This document shows, piece after piece, positions 46,389-56,596 of a stretch of 64,000 bases of DNA. The position numbers and the translations under genes are program-made. The DNA comes from Candidatus Doudnabacteria bacterium (GTDB taxonomy: Bacteria > Patescibacteriota > Doudnabacteria > UBA920): NCBI GenBank assembly GCA_016218585.1, contig JACRDK010000025.1, positions 27,637 through 91,636 on the forward strand, written 5' to 3'. Under the pieces are notes generated by a model. It was not told where the DNA came from. It worked only from the letters and a program-made list of their open reading frames with translations, and ran no database searches. Within the stretch, counting starts at the first letter, position 1; every line of letters starts with the position of its first letter.

Positions 46389-47606
46389 ATGGCTTATTTA
46401 TTCCTGCTCACATTACTATTGGCCCCCACTTACGCCATCCGTTTTAAATTAGGAGGCCTGCCCGCAAACTTATTAATGATTTGGGTATTTTTGTTTTGGC
46501 TGATATTTTTTTTCTACCTATTGGCCGGTAAAAATATTAAATCATTTTTTTCAAGTCCAATTAACAAATCGGTTCTAATCGGCACCGGATTGTTTTTCAT
46601 CTCCGGGCTGGTAAGCTTATTTGTTAAAGGACTTAGCAGGGAAAAAATTGGCCAGTTCATCGTTCTGTTTCTCCAGCCAATCAGTTTATTTTTTATAGGA
46701 AATTATCTTCTGCAAAAATTTCCCAACTTAAAAAAATATTTACTCTCGGCTATTTATTTTGCCTTAGCCGCAGCCGGACTGCTGGCTATTATACAATATT
46801 TCAGCCTGTGGAGCCTGCCCATGGCATTCTGGGGTAATAGCAACGAGCCAAAAAGAGCTGTGAGTTTTTTTGTGCATCCTAATTTTTACGCTTTGTGGTG
46901 CGCGCCGTTGTTAGCTTTTGTTCTGCCGGAAGCATTAAGTAATTTTAAACTTAAAATTTCCCGCCTGCAGTCGACCGATGCTCCAGCAGATGGCGGGCAG
47001 GTTAATTTAAAATTGCTGGCTTGGGGGTTGGGCTTAATTGGTTTAATTCTTTCTCTTTCCCGAGCCGGATGGCTTGGCTTCGGTTTTGCAACCCTGGTTT
47101 ATTTGATAGTCGCGGCGGACAAAAATATTCGCAAAATTGCCGGCGTTATTGCGGTTGTTCTTGTGGTAATTATTATTTCCGTGCCAAACCTTCGCTGGCG
47201 CTTTACCTTGCCATTTTACGGCGAGAAGTCCGCTGTTTCCCGCCTTTCTTTATGGCAGACCGGAATTAAGGGCATAAAAGAGTCTCCGGTGTTTGGTTTG
47301 GGTCTTACCGGATTTTCCCGCAATTGGGAAAGGCTTAATACTGACAAGGGGCTAACCGACGCTCATAATTTTCCCCACAATATCTTTCTTGACCTTTGGG
47401 TTGAAACCGGACTGTTAGGCTTAATTAGTTTTACCAGCCTATGTTTTTATTTAATTTATTTCGGCATAAAAAATCGCGCTAATCTACTTAAGCTTGGAGT
47501 GAGTTTATTTTTAATTGCCTTAATTTTCCAGGGGATGGTGGACAATCCTTATTTTAAAAACGACCTGGCTTTAGTTTTTTGGACAATCCTGGCCTTTGCA
47601 ATTTAA
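46389..47606 (+). CDS. O-antigen ligase / Wzy_C family membrane protein (second paralog)
   Basis: LSLSRAGWLGFGFATLVYLIV core motif. Polytopic. Confidence 0.6.
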   Translation: MAYLFLLTLLLAPTYAIRFKLGGLPANLLMIWVFLFWLIFFFYLLAGKNIKSFFSSPINKSVLIGTGLFFISGLVSLFVKGLSREKIGQFIVLFLQPISLFFIGNYLLQKFPNLKKYLLSAIYFALAAAGLLAIIQYFSLWSLPMAFWGNSNEPKRAVSFFVHPNFYALWCAPLLAFVLPEALSNFKLKISRLQSTDAPADGGQVNLKLLAWGLGLIGLILSLSRAGWLGFGFATLVYLIVAADKNIRKIAGVIAVVLVVIIISVPNLRWRFTLPFYGEKSAVSRLSLWQTGIKGIKESPVFGLGLTGFSRNWERLNTDKGLTDAHNFPHNIFLDLWVETGLLGLISFTSLCFYLIYFGIKNRANLLKLGVSLFLIALIFQGMVDNPYFKNDLALVFWTILAFAI

Positions 47607-47616
47607 CCCCACAAAC

Positions 47617-47650
47617 AAAAAACTCTCCCGAACTAAGGGAGAGTTTTTTT
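47617..47650. terminator. Bidirectional terminator, copy L of a 33-nt repeat
   Basis: aaaaaactctcccgaactaagggagagttttttt. Confidence 0.75.
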
Positions 47651-47670
47651 AAAATTTTACATCTTTTATA

Positions 47671-49227
47671 TTACTCAGGCGTTATTATAATTTCTCCCCG
47701 CTGGTCAATTTTATAAACCGGGCCAAACGCGTCAACTTTTGTCCGCCTTAATTGAACAGGCTTTAAAACCTTAACAGGAGTAGATCTTCCTTGTTCGCCA
47801 GGTTCAATGCGAAAATTTCCACCCTTTCCCATTTCGTGGCTTATATTTAAAGCTTTAAGATGTGCTATTCTGTTAGGACCTATTAATGAAGCACCTCTAT
47901 TTGGGATCAAATAAACCCTATCACCGACTTCTATGCCAAAACTGTCGGCATCCCCGACCACATTCTGAACCTTTAAACCAAACTCATAGATTAAAGTGGA
48001 CAAGGCCTTTTCAGTATTCTGTAAGCTGAAAGGCCTTGCTCCAATCTGGTTTAACAAACCCGATACTTCAGATGGTGTAAATTTTTTATTTGGATACACC
48101 TGATTGTTGAATAAGGCTATAAGTTGCTTTACTTGCTGAGGGAGTTTTTGATACTCCGGGTCTGATTCTAAATTTTTTGCCAGCAACTCATTATTAGCTT
48201 TAATAATGTTACTTTTATATTTTTCCCAATACGCATTTACAAATTCACGCACATCGGCAAATCCCTGAGCAATTCCTAAGGATTCAAACTTACGCTGCAT
48301 GGTTGGAATTTCGTTTTTAAGCGCTTCCTGATAAGCGTCATAGCCCCGGCTAACAAATCCTTCAAAAAACATACACGCCAACTTATTCGATTCTTCAATG
48401 TCCTTTGGCCATTTTATATCAGACTTACCATATCCTCTAGACATTTTGACTTCAAACTCCAATAAGCTCATTTCTCTTTGCCTGTCAGTTTTTGGTTCTT
48501 CACTTAAAATATTTTTTGGAGCTTCTTGAACAATACCATTACCGACCGTTGACGAAGAAGGTTTTTGGGGTTCGGGCTCTGCCGGTTTTTCTATTTTTTT
48601 CTCCTTTGCCGCATCCGACTCCAATGGCAAGTCCGGCATATTTTTTGCCTGGCTATACAACTGCACTATCTCGGTATACATATCATGATGAAATTCAAAT
48701 TTATCTAAGAGCTTGCCTAAAGCTAGCAGTTGTCGTTTAGAATAAACCCTGGGGCCAACCTCCTTCTTAAAACGATCCATAAAATTATTATAGCCATAAC
48801 CATTAGAGGCATAAGCAATTAAAAAATTACGCACAGCTCCAGGCAATTTATTGCCCGTAGCTGAAACAAAAGCCTGCTCAATAGCTGGAATTGCATTACT
48901 ATAAATTTGGGGGAATTTGTTTTCAGTTAATATTTTATTCAAAACAACAATATTAGACTCACCTAATTGCTCTGAATAATTTTCAGGAATCCAAATTAAA
49001 AGTTCAGGTTCTTTTGGTTTTAGCTCAACAGACTCTTTGGTGGGTTTCGGTACGGCTAAATCTGGCCGCTCGGCTAACATCTCTTTTTTTGCTCTTTCGA
49101 TTTGTTCTTCTGTGGCAATTAAAACACCATCTTCGGTCAAACTGGCGCCTTCTTCTAACATTTTACCTTGATTGATTAAGGCCTTTTTAAGATCTTCGGG
49201 TTGATATTTTGGAAATTCTTTTGTCAT
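47671..49227 (-). CDS. Large hypothetical cytoplasmic protein (518 aa)
   Basis: Long ORF with no recognisable motifs. It forms its own transcription unit with an extended -10 (TGTATAAT) upstream. Confidence 0.5.
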   Translation of the reverse strand: MTKEFPKYQPEDLKKALINQGKMLEEGASLTEDGVLIATEEQIERAKKEMLAERPDLAVPKPTKESVELKPKEPELLIWIPENYSEQLGESNIVVLNKILTENKFPQIYSNAIPAIEQAFVSATGNKLPGAVRNFLIAYASNGYGYNNFMDRFKKEVGPRVYSKRQLLALGKLLDKFEFHHDMYTEIVQLYSQAKNMPDLPLESDAAKEKKIEKPAEPEPQKPSSSTVGNGIVQEAPKNILSEEPKTDRQREMSLLEFEVKMSRGYGKSDIKWPKDIEESNKLACMFFEGFVSRGYDAYQEALKNEIPTMQRKFESLGIAQGFADVREFVNAYWEKYKSNIIKANNELLAKNLESDPEYQKLPQQVKQLIALFNNQVYPNKKFTPSEVSGLLNQIGARPFSLQNTEKALSTLIYEFGLKVQNVVGDADSFGIEVGDRVYLIPNRGASLIGPNRIAHLKALNISHEMGKGGNFRIEPGEQGRSTPVKVLKPVQLRRTKVDAFGPVYKIDQRGEIIITPE

Positions 49228-49276
49228 ATTTTTTGACTGTTAATGTTTAAATTATACACCCTTTCTTGCATATTTG

Positions 49277-49312
49277 AAACAAAAAAACTCCCCCTAAGTT
49301 CGGGAGAGTTTT
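49277..49312. terminator. Bidirectional terminator, copy R (near-exact reverse complement of copy L)
   Basis: aaaaaaactccccctaagttcgggagagttttt. It ends the jag operon. Confidence 0.75.
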
Positions 49313-49317
49313 TAAAT

Positions 49318-49788
49318 TTATCGTTTTAACCTTATAACAACTTTTCGGTAAGGTTCATTGCCAATGGAGGAACTTTCTACTTCCGGACAGTGCTCCTGCA
49401 AATATGCATGAACTAATCTTCTTTCATAGTTCGGCATTGGTTCCAAGCCTTGGGCGCGTCCGGTGAGCTTGGCTTTATCTGCGGCTGCTTTTGCGGTTTC
49501 TTTTAAAAACCATTCTCTTTTTCTTTTGTAATCATCAACATCCAGAGAAAACCAGAACGGGCCTTCCTGCCCAAATTTTCTGGAAACCACTGCCTGAACC
49601 AAAATTTGGAATGAATGGAGGGTTGAGCCTTGGCGCCCAATCAATAAGTAGGAATCGGGGGTGGAAATGTTAAACACCAAACCTTTGGTAATGCTCTCTT
49701 CAAATTCAACAGAGCCCTGAATCCCACACTTCTGCATTAATTCTAAAATAATATTTTTTACCGCTTCAATTTTATTGTAATCGGTCAT
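49318..49788 (-). CDS. jag: Jag/KhpB RNA-binding protein (KH plus R3H domains)
   Basis: R3H motif RRLVHAYLQEH. Located downstream of yidC as in the conserved operon. Confidence 0.8.
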   Translation of the reverse strand: MTDYNKIEAVKNIILELMQKCGIQGSVEFEESITKGLVFNISTPDSYLLIGRQGSTLHSFQILVQAVVSRKFGQEGPFWFSLDVDDYKRKREWFLKETAKAAADKAKLTGRAQGLEPMPNYERRLVHAYLQEHCPEVESSSIGNEPYRKVVIRLKR

Positions 49789-49857
49789 ATGGTCAGTATT
49801 AAGAATTATGAATTGGGAATTAAGAAATATTTTTCCTTAATTCCTGATTCTTATTTC

Positions 49858-50580
49858 CTAATTCTTGGGTTGCGGATGCTTTTTTATTATATAATACTGC
49901 TGGGCAACAGCAAAGAGAGTGGTAACAATCCAGTATAGCGGTAAGCCGGCCGGGAGCTTAATGGCAATAATTACGCTGATTACCGGCAAAACATAAGTTG
50001 TCTGCATAGCCATTGCCTTGGTAGTCATGTCCTGCTCGCCTGTGTTTTTTGGCATCATTAACTTTGACTGCCAGAATTGGGCCAAGCCGGCCAACACGCC
50101 AAACCAAATATTTGGCTTGGACAAATCTATTAGTCCTAAAAAGTTTGGATTCAAAAATTCCGGTCGGGCAATAAAAGAATACAAACCATTTAACCGGGTA
50201 GCAATATCAACATGTGGGTTTAATGCTTTGCCAAAAACCTGATACAAAGCAATTAAAATTGGCAGCTGAATAATTAACGGCAGGCAGGAGGACAGGGGAT
50301 TTATTTTATGTTCTTTATATAAATCCATCAAAGCTTTGGCTTGAGCTTCTTTATTGTCTTTGTGCTTCGCTTTTAACTCGTTCAGCTTCGGCTGAAGATC
50401 ATTCATAGCTTTTTGGCTTTTTAGGGACTTATGGAAGCTGGGAGCTAAAGCCAAACGAATGAGCAAGGTAAGTAAAATAATCACCACCCCAATATCATGG
50501 CCGGGGATAATGTTATAGAAAAATACCAGGAGGTTAAGCAGCGGGCGATAAATTACGTCGTTATAAATTGTTGAAAACAT
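49858..50580 (-). CDS. yidC: Membrane protein insertase YidC (short Oxa1-type)
   Basis: Conserved TM1 region IGVVIILLTLLIRLALAPS. 240 aa. Confidence 0.85.
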   Translation of the reverse strand: MFSTIYNDVIYRPLLNLLVFFYNIIPGHDIGVVIILLTLLIRLALAPSFHKSLKSQKAMNDLQPKLNELKAKHKDNKEAQAKALMDLYKEHKINPLSSCLPLIIQLPILIALYQVFGKALNPHVDIATRLNGLYSFIARPEFLNPNFLGLIDLSKPNIWFGVLAGLAQFWQSKLMMPKNTGEQDMTTKAMAMQTTYVLPVISVIIAIKLPAGLPLYWIVTTLFAVAQQYYIIKKHPQPKN

Positions 50581-50604
50581 TTAGATTAAAATAAATTATA
50601 AATT

Positions 50605-50871
50605 TTAAGGAATAGGGTCTACTTTTGGATCAACGAAAGGGTTGCACGTTAAAACTCTTTTTACCCCCAGTGCACCACCCTTGATAAGGCCAAATTTTGT
50701 TATTGCCTGTTTGGAATATTCGCTGCAAGTTGGATAATGGCGGCAGTAACCATGCGGATATTTGGCTTTAAACAAGCCATGATCCGGGGAAAGCGTAGCC
50801 TGATAAACTTTAATTAAGGCCACTGCTGTTTTTTTAGGCAAACTTGTTAATTTTGTAATGATTTCGCGCAT
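50605..50871 (-). CDS. yidD: Membrane protein insertion efficiency factor YidD
   Basis: CRHYPTCSEYSKQAI signature. Confidence 0.9.
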   Translation of the reverse strand: MREIITKLTSLPKKTAVALIKVYQATLSPDHGLFKAKYPHGYCRHYPTCSEYSKQAITKFGLIKGGALGVKRVLTCNPFVDPKVDPIP

Positions 50872-50874
50872 AGA

Positions 50875-51201
50875 TTATTTGGTCTTATTTAACAATAATT
50901 CCAGCGACGACAAGGCCTCAACCTCTTTTATTTTAGTAACTTTTGACTTGGCCATAATAACATATAAACCAGTATTTAAACCAGGCAGGCGTTTTTTTAT
51001 CAGTTCCCTAATTATGCGCTTTAACCTGTTTCGGTCAACGGCATTTTTATAAACTTTGGTAGAAACCACCACGGTTAATTTTTTTGCGCCGGCCGATGGT
51101 AAAAATTTTATGGTAAAAAAGGGATTAAAAAAAGTCCGCCCTTGGGCAAAGGCTGTGTGAATTTCTTTGCTTTTAGCCAGGCGGTTTACTTTTTTTAACA
51201 T
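50875..51201 (-). CDS. rnpA: Ribonuclease P protein component
   Basis: ~108-aa basic protein with an RNR-like motif. Located between rpmH and yidD. Confidence 0.85.
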   Translation of the reverse strand: MLKKVNRLAKSKEIHTAFAQGRTFFNPFFTIKFLPSAGAKKLTVVVSTKVYKNAVDRNRLKRIIRELIKKRLPGLNTGLYVIMAKSKVTKIKEVEALSSLELLLNKTK

Positions 51202-51221
51202 TTGCTTGTAGTTTTAATATC

Positions 51222-51359
51222 CTAGGCAACGGTGAGCTTTTTTCTACCCTTAGCTCTGCGCCTTGATAGTACATTGCGACCGGTCTTGGTTTCCATGCGC
51301 TTCAAAAAACCGTGTCTTCTCTTTCTTCTCTTTACTTTCGGTTGATATGTTCTTTTCAT
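51222..51359 (-). CDS. rpmH: 50S ribosomal protein L34
   Basis: Translation [45 protein letters not shown]. Not in the ORF track because it is under 60 aa. Confidence 0.9.
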   Translation of the reverse strand: MKRTYQPKVKRRKRRHGFLKRMETKTGRNVLSRRRAKGRKKLTVA

Positions 51360-51565
51360 AAATTCTCCTCAAATACGCGAGAACTACTTTAAAATAAATC
51401 TGCGGTATCTGATTTTAATCCGCGTATCCGCGGTCTTTAATTCTTGAATAATTATAAAGAAAAAGTTGGTTTTGGTCAACCCGGGCAGGCCGCCGAGCTT
51501 GGCCGCTAATTAAATTTGGTTTGGCGTTAGTAGTTACAAAACCCAAAACCCCTGCTTAGCACACC

Positions 51566-51640
51566 TTTTCCACAGCATATGAACACCTTAAGAAAAACCC
51601 CCTAAATTCAGGGGGTTTTCGTAATTTTACATGTTGATAA
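51566..51640. promoter_or_regulatory. DnaA-box-like 9-mers upstream of dnaA
   Basis: TTTTCCACA (51566-74) and TGTTGATAA (51632-40), each one mismatch from consensus. Confidence 0.4.
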
Positions 51641-51735
51641 CTCCCTGTTAGAATAGATTAGTAGCATATTTTTTAAACAAAAAAACTTAATCCAAACTGA
51701 GACAGACACACAAATAATTAGAAAAGAGTTACATT

Positions 51736-53088
51736 ATGACCAACCAACAGCTCTGGCAAGCAATCTTAGGAAGCATGGAAATCTCTTTAAGCAAAGCCAA
51801 TTTTAACACTTGGTTCAAAAATACCAGCATTGTAGAAAGAGGTGCAGATCATATTATTGTTGGGGTGCCGACAGCGTTTAATCGCGACTGGATTGCGGCA
51901 AAATATCACCAAGAAATGCTTAAGGCCTTAAAATCTTTAGCCCCGGAAGTAAAGGAAATTAAATACCAACTTGGCGGACAGCCACAACCAGCCCAACAAG
52001 GCCAAAATAAACCCCAGCAGAAAAGCCAAACCGAAAACCACGTTCAAAAAGACAGTTTTGGCACTAATTCCTCGGGACTAAACCCAAAATATACCTTTGA
52101 AACCTTTATTATAGGAAAAAACAACGAGTTGGCGCATGCTGCCAGCCAAGCTGTGGCTAAAAACCCGGGCACACAATACAATCCATTATTTATTTATGGC
52201 GGGGTGGGTTTAGGAAAAACCCATTTAATGCATGGTGTTGGGCACCGGCTGCTTCAGGCTAACCAAAAAGCCAAAATTCTTTACGTTACCAGCGAAAAAT
52301 TCACCAACGACTATATTAATGCCATTAGCCAAAAGCGAATGGATGAATTTAAAAAAACCTACCGTGAAATTGATGGTTTGTTAATAGATGATATTCAGTT
52401 TTTGGCAGGCAAAGAGGGTACACAGGAAGAATTTTTCCATACCTTCAACGAACTGCGGGATAAAGGCAAGCAAATTATTATTACTTCCGACCGTTTACCA
52501 AAAGATATTCCGGCCATTGAACAAAGACTGGTCTCCCGTTTTGAATGGGGGATGGTTGCGGATATTCAGGCGCCGGATCTGGAAACAAGAATGGCCATAT
52601 TAAGGACTAAGATGGAAAAAAAGGGTGTGGTAATAGCCGAAGACATTCTTTTTTATATTGCTGAGAGTATTCAAAACAACGTCAGGGAACTTGAGGGGGC
52701 TTTAAACAGATTGGCGGTTTACCAGCAAATGGAAAATAAAAGTCTGGCCTTAGAGCAGGCAAAAACAATTTTAGCCAGTATTATTGGCGTGAAAAAGAGA
52801 ATAACCTCAGCAAAAAAGATTGCTGAGTCGGTGGCAGAGTTTTATAACATCACCATGGAAGACCTTATTAAACAGTCGAGAAAAAAAGAGTTTGTTAAAC
52901 CAAGGCAGATTGCCATGTATTTAATAAGAAAAGAGTTAGATAATTCTTTTCCTTCTATTGGCGGTTTTTTTGGCGGGCGGGACCATACCACAGTAATGCA
53001 TGCAGTTGAAAAAGTGGAAAAGCTGATGACAACTAAAGATATATTCAAACAAGAAGTGGATTTAATTATGGATAAGTTGTTCACTTAA
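51736..53088 (+). CDS. dnaA: Chromosomal replication initiator DnaA
   Basis: Walker A GGVGLGKTHL, AAA+ boxes, and the C-terminal DNA-binding domain. Confidence 0.95.
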   Translation: MTNQQLWQAILGSMEISLSKANFNTWFKNTSIVERGADHIIVGVPTAFNRDWIAAKYHQEMLKALKSLAPEVKEIKYQLGGQPQPAQQGQNKPQQKSQTENHVQKDSFGTNSSGLNPKYTFETFIIGKNNELAHAASQAVAKNPGTQYNPLFIYGGVGLGKTHLMHGVGHRLLQANQKAKILYVTSEKFTNDYINAISQKRMDEFKKTYREIDGLLIDDIQFLAGKEGTQEEFFHTFNELRDKGKQIIITSDRLPKDIPAIEQRLVSRFEWGMVADIQAPDLETRMAILRTKMEKKGVVIAEDILFYIAESIQNNVRELEGALNRLAVYQQMENKSLALEQAKTILASIIGVKKRITSAKKIAESVAEFYNITMEDLIKQSRKKEFVKPRQIAMYLIRKELDNSFPSIGGFFGGRDHTTVMHAVEKVEKLMTTKDIFKQEVDLIMDKLFT

Positions 53089-53271
53089 AATATTGCCGCC
53101 ACCCTTGTTTGTTATTTGTTTCTCGTTGTCCACTTTCGCACAGTAGTTATGCACACAATTTTTATTTTACTTTTCTGTTTTGTCCCCGGTTTTCATTGAT
53201 CGGTTTTAGTTCTCCACATTTCAACAACCCTTATTACTATAATTATTTATTTTTATTTAATTTAATATATA
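53089..53271. promoter_or_regulatory. Candidate oriC: DnaA-box-like sites plus an AT-rich unwinding element between dnaA and dnaN
   Basis: TTATGCACA (53147-55) and TTCTCCACA (53210-18), each one mismatch. TTGTCCACT (53126-34), two mismatches. AT-rich tract 53221-53271. Confidence 0.5.
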
Positions 53272-54371
53272 TGAAAATTATTTGCACACAGGAAAACCTA
53301 AAAGCGGGTTTGTCTACAGTGGGGAGAATAATCTCTTCAACCAACACATTGCCAATTTTAAACAACATTCTATTAAAAACAGAAAATGGAACGCTAAAGA
53401 TTTCCTCCACCAACCTGGAAATAGCCATAACCACCCAAACCAGGTGCAAAGTGGAAGAAGAAGGGGAAATAACAGTAGCCAACAAAACTTTCACCGAACT
53501 TATTAACAGCCTGCCCAACAAAAACCTAACCCTACAAGCAGCTAACGGCGAACTGAAAATAGAAACCGAAAACTATCACACCTCGGTAAAAACCTTACCA
53601 GCAGAAGAGTTCCCATTAATCCCAACAGTAGAGAAAGATAAAACATTCACCATAGACACCCAAGAACTGAAAAAAGTTATTAACCAAGTTGCTTTTGCCG
53701 CCTCCAACAACCAAAACCAGCTGGAGATAACCGGGGTTTATATGAACCTGGAGGGTGAAGAGTTAAAAGTGGTGGCGACCGACAGATATCGCTTAGCGGA
53801 AAGAAAAATTAAAGCAAGCAACCCAAAACAAAGCCAGGCCGAAGCCATAGTTCCGCAAAAAGCCATAACCGAACTGTCCAGAATAATAGGAAACCAAAAA
53901 GAGCAGGTGGAAATAAGCTTAAACGAGAACCAAATATCAATCAGCCTAAACGAAACTCAAATAATCAGCCGGCTTATTGATGGCCAGTATCCGGACTATA
54001 AACAAATTATCCCAAACAATTTTTACACTACTACCACCATCCCAAAACAAGCATTAGCCAGCGCATTAAAAGCGGCGGCGATATTTGCCCAAAGCACCAA
54101 CAGTGTAAACTTTCAATTCTCCCCCGAAACCCAAAAGCTTATAATTACCACTGAATCACAGGAGTTGGGGAAGAGTGAAGTAGAGTTGCCATCAAAAATA
54201 GAAGGCCGGGAAGGAAAAGTTATTCTAAACCACCACTACGTTTTAGACTGCTTAAACAACATTGATGCGGAAAATATTGTAATAAAGGTTATTGACGACA
54301 GTTCTCCAAGCGTAATAGTTCAGGAAAATAACAACGAATATATTTATCTGGTAATGCCGATTAAAAATTAA
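53272..54371 (+). CDS. dnaN: DNA polymerase III beta sliding clamp
   Basis: Start at MKIICTQENLKAGL. Three-domain beta-clamp pattern. Confidence 0.9.
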
Positions 54372-54433
54372 AAAAACTTAACCGCGGATTCTTAAAGCGG
54401 AAAGTCCCTATCATCCGTAATTCCGTACATACT

Positions 54434-55525
54434 ATGAAAATAACAAACATTGAAATAAAGAATTTTAGAAACTATCCAAACTTAAATATTGAAATAAACA
54501 ACACAACTGTTATTTTAACCGGGCCAAACGCCGTGGGAAAAACCAACTTGCTCGAGTCGGTTTATTTTGCCTCATTGTTTAAGTCTTTTCGCGACGACAC
54601 GGAGTTTATATTTTTAAAAGACGCCTCAAATTTGTCCTTAAAGCTAACCCTGGAAAAAAGCGGGGAAACCAGAACGCTGGAAATCTTTTTAGAAAAAAAA
54701 GAAAAGATTTACGCGAATTTTATGATTGACGGGGTTAAGAAAAAACGCCGCGAAGCCCAAGGATTTATGAGTGTGGTAATTTTTGACCCGACCGATGTTG
54801 ATATGTTCACCAAAACCCCGGAATCAAGAAGAAAATATTTGAATATGGTTTTAAGCCAAAAAAACCTGGCTTACTTAGACGCTTTGGGAAATTACAAAAA
54901 AGCTTTGTTAATGAAGAATCGCTTATTGCAAGATATGAAAGCCGGCCGCAGCCAGGGGCAGGACTTGGCCGAATGGGATGACCAACTGGTTTCCTTAGGA
55001 AGCTATATTATTTTAGAGAGAAAAAAGTTTGTAAATTTTCTTAACACCAGCGTGGCGGAAATATATGCCAATATTTCCGGTTTCCATCGCCCGGTCGAAG
55101 TTTTTTACGAAACCCTTGCCGGGGATACCGTGGAAGAAATTGCGGAAAATTTCCGCCAGAAACTTTCCCAGGTAGCGGCAAAAGAAAAAATGCTGGCCAC
55201 CTGCTTGGTTGGCCCGCACCGCGACGATTTCTCTTTAAAAAGCGAAGGTTTGTATTTGTCCCCATTTTCTTCCCGCGGGGAATTAAGAAGCCAGGTTCTA
55301 TCGCTGAAAATTTTAGAGCTTGAATACTTGAGCCATGGCGACGAAAAACCGATTTTGTTGCTCGACGATGTTTTGTCGGAACTGGATGAAACCAGAAGGA
55401 CTTTCCTTTTAAAGTATTTGCAAAACCGTTTTCAAACTTTTATTACCACAACTCATCCGCTGGAAATGCCGGCGCAACACATTACCCTTACCCCGGCCTT
55501 GGAAGAAGAGGAAGTGGAAAGCTAA
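54434..55525 (+). CDS. recF: DNA replication and repair protein RecF
   Basis: Walker A GPNAVGKTNLLE and signature and Walker B LLLDDVLSELD. Confidence 0.9.
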   Translation: MKITNIEIKNFRNYPNLNIEINNTTVILTGPNAVGKTNLLESVYFASLFKSFRDDTEFIFLKDASNLSLKLTLEKSGETRTLEIFLEKKEKIYANFMIDGVKKKRREAQGFMSVVIFDPTDVDMFTKTPESRRKYLNMVLSQKNLAYLDALGNYKKALLMKNRLLQDMKAGRSQGQDLAEWDDQLVSLGSYIILERKKFVNFLNTSVAEIYANISGFHRPVEVFYETLAGDTVEEIAENFRQKLSQVAAKEKMLATCLVGPHRDDFSLKSEGLYLSPFSSRGELRSQVLSLKILELEYLSHGDEKPILLLDDVLSELDETRRTFLLKYLQNRFQTFITTTHPLEMPAQHITLTPALEEEEVES

Positions 55526-55545
55526 ATAATATTACAAAAATAAAA

Positions 55546-55863
55546 ATGCCTAATTATAATAATTATCAAAAAGGTTTTTCCAGGATAGACAAAGTAATTT
55601 ACCGGACCGCAAAGAATCATAATTTTGACACAGCCCTGCATAAACACAAGGCCATAAAACACTGGCACGAGGTAGCGGCCTCCTTTGTTGAAGATGTAAA
55701 AAATACCACCCAGGCAATTAACTTAGAAAAAGGCGTGCTAACCGTGGCGTGCTTGTCTTTAGAGGTGGCCCGCAAGCTTAAAATCTTGGCCCAGCGAATT
55801 ATTTTTGCCCTTAATGAGATAATAGGTCATCGTGTTATTTTTGCCTTGAATTTGGAGGTTTAA
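55546..55863 (+). CDS. DUF721 (DciA-like) protein
   Basis: The pattern W..VA..........A..L..GVLTVAC.S...A..L......I...LN...G........ resembles DUF721. The position after recF is typical. Confidence 0.55.
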   Translation: MPNYNNYQKGFSRIDKVIYRTAKNHNFDTALHKHKAIKHWHEVAASFVEDVKNTTQAINLEKGVLTVACLSLEVARKLKILAQRIIFALNEIIGHRVIFALNLEV

Positions 55864-55868
55864 ATTAT

Positions 55869-56585
55869 ATGCCTTATTTTTTAAGCGAACAAAATTTAAA
55901 AATTGGACAGGAAGTTAGCATTGCCGGGGACGAAGCCAGGCACATTCTTCTTTCGCACAGAATTAAGGTTGGGGAAAAAATTAAACTGCAGGGTCCGGAC
56001 AAACAAAGATTTTTATGCGGCGTTAAACATGTTTTAAAAAACGGCTTAACAGTTGAGCCGCTAGAGAGAATTGAATTGCCGAAGGAACCGGCAGTGGAAA
56101 TTTTTTTGTTTCAATCGGCGGTCTCCGAAAAAGCGCTGGATTTTATTTTCCAAAAAAGCACGGAGCTGGGAGTAAAAAATATTATTCTTTTTAATTCTGC
56201 AAGAACCGCCACAAAACTATCGCCGGAAATTTTTAAGAAAAAGCAGCAGCGCTGGCAAAAAATAATCACCGAAGCGGCAAAACAAAGCGAGCGCGCCGAG
56301 GTTCCAGTTTTAGAGTTTTTAACCGGAATTGACCAAGTAATAAAAAAAGCGCAGAATTTAGATATTAGCTGTGTAATGGATATTACCGGCAATTCCAAAG
56401 CAGTAAATAAAAATATTGGATCAATTGGCTTAGTGGTGGGCCCGGAAGGCGGTTTTGATGATTCAGAGTTGGAAATTTTTAAGCAGGCCAAGTTTTCTTT
56501 TTTGAAAATCGGAGACATTTTATTAAGGGCGGAAACGGCAGCTTTGGCCGGGGTGGTGGCGGTTAGAACAAGCTTTGGGTTTTAA
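55869..56585 (+). CDS. rsmE: 16S rRNA (uracil1498-N3)-methyltransferase RsmE (SPOUT)
   Basis: VGPEGGF...LGDILLRAETAALAGV, the C-terminal RsmE motif. Confidence 0.8.
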   Translation: MPYFLSEQNLKIGQEVSIAGDEARHILLSHRIKVGEKIKLQGPDKQRFLCGVKHVLKNGLTVEPLERIELPKEPAVEIFLFQSAVSEKALDFIFQKSTELGVKNIILFNSARTATKLSPEIFKKKQQRWQKIITEAAKQSERAEVPVLEFLTGIDQVIKKAQNLDISCVMDITGNSKAVNKNIGSIGLVVGPEGGFDDSELEIFKQAKFSFLKIGDILLRAETAALAGVVAVRTSFGF

Positions 56586-56596
56586 GTTAAAACTTT

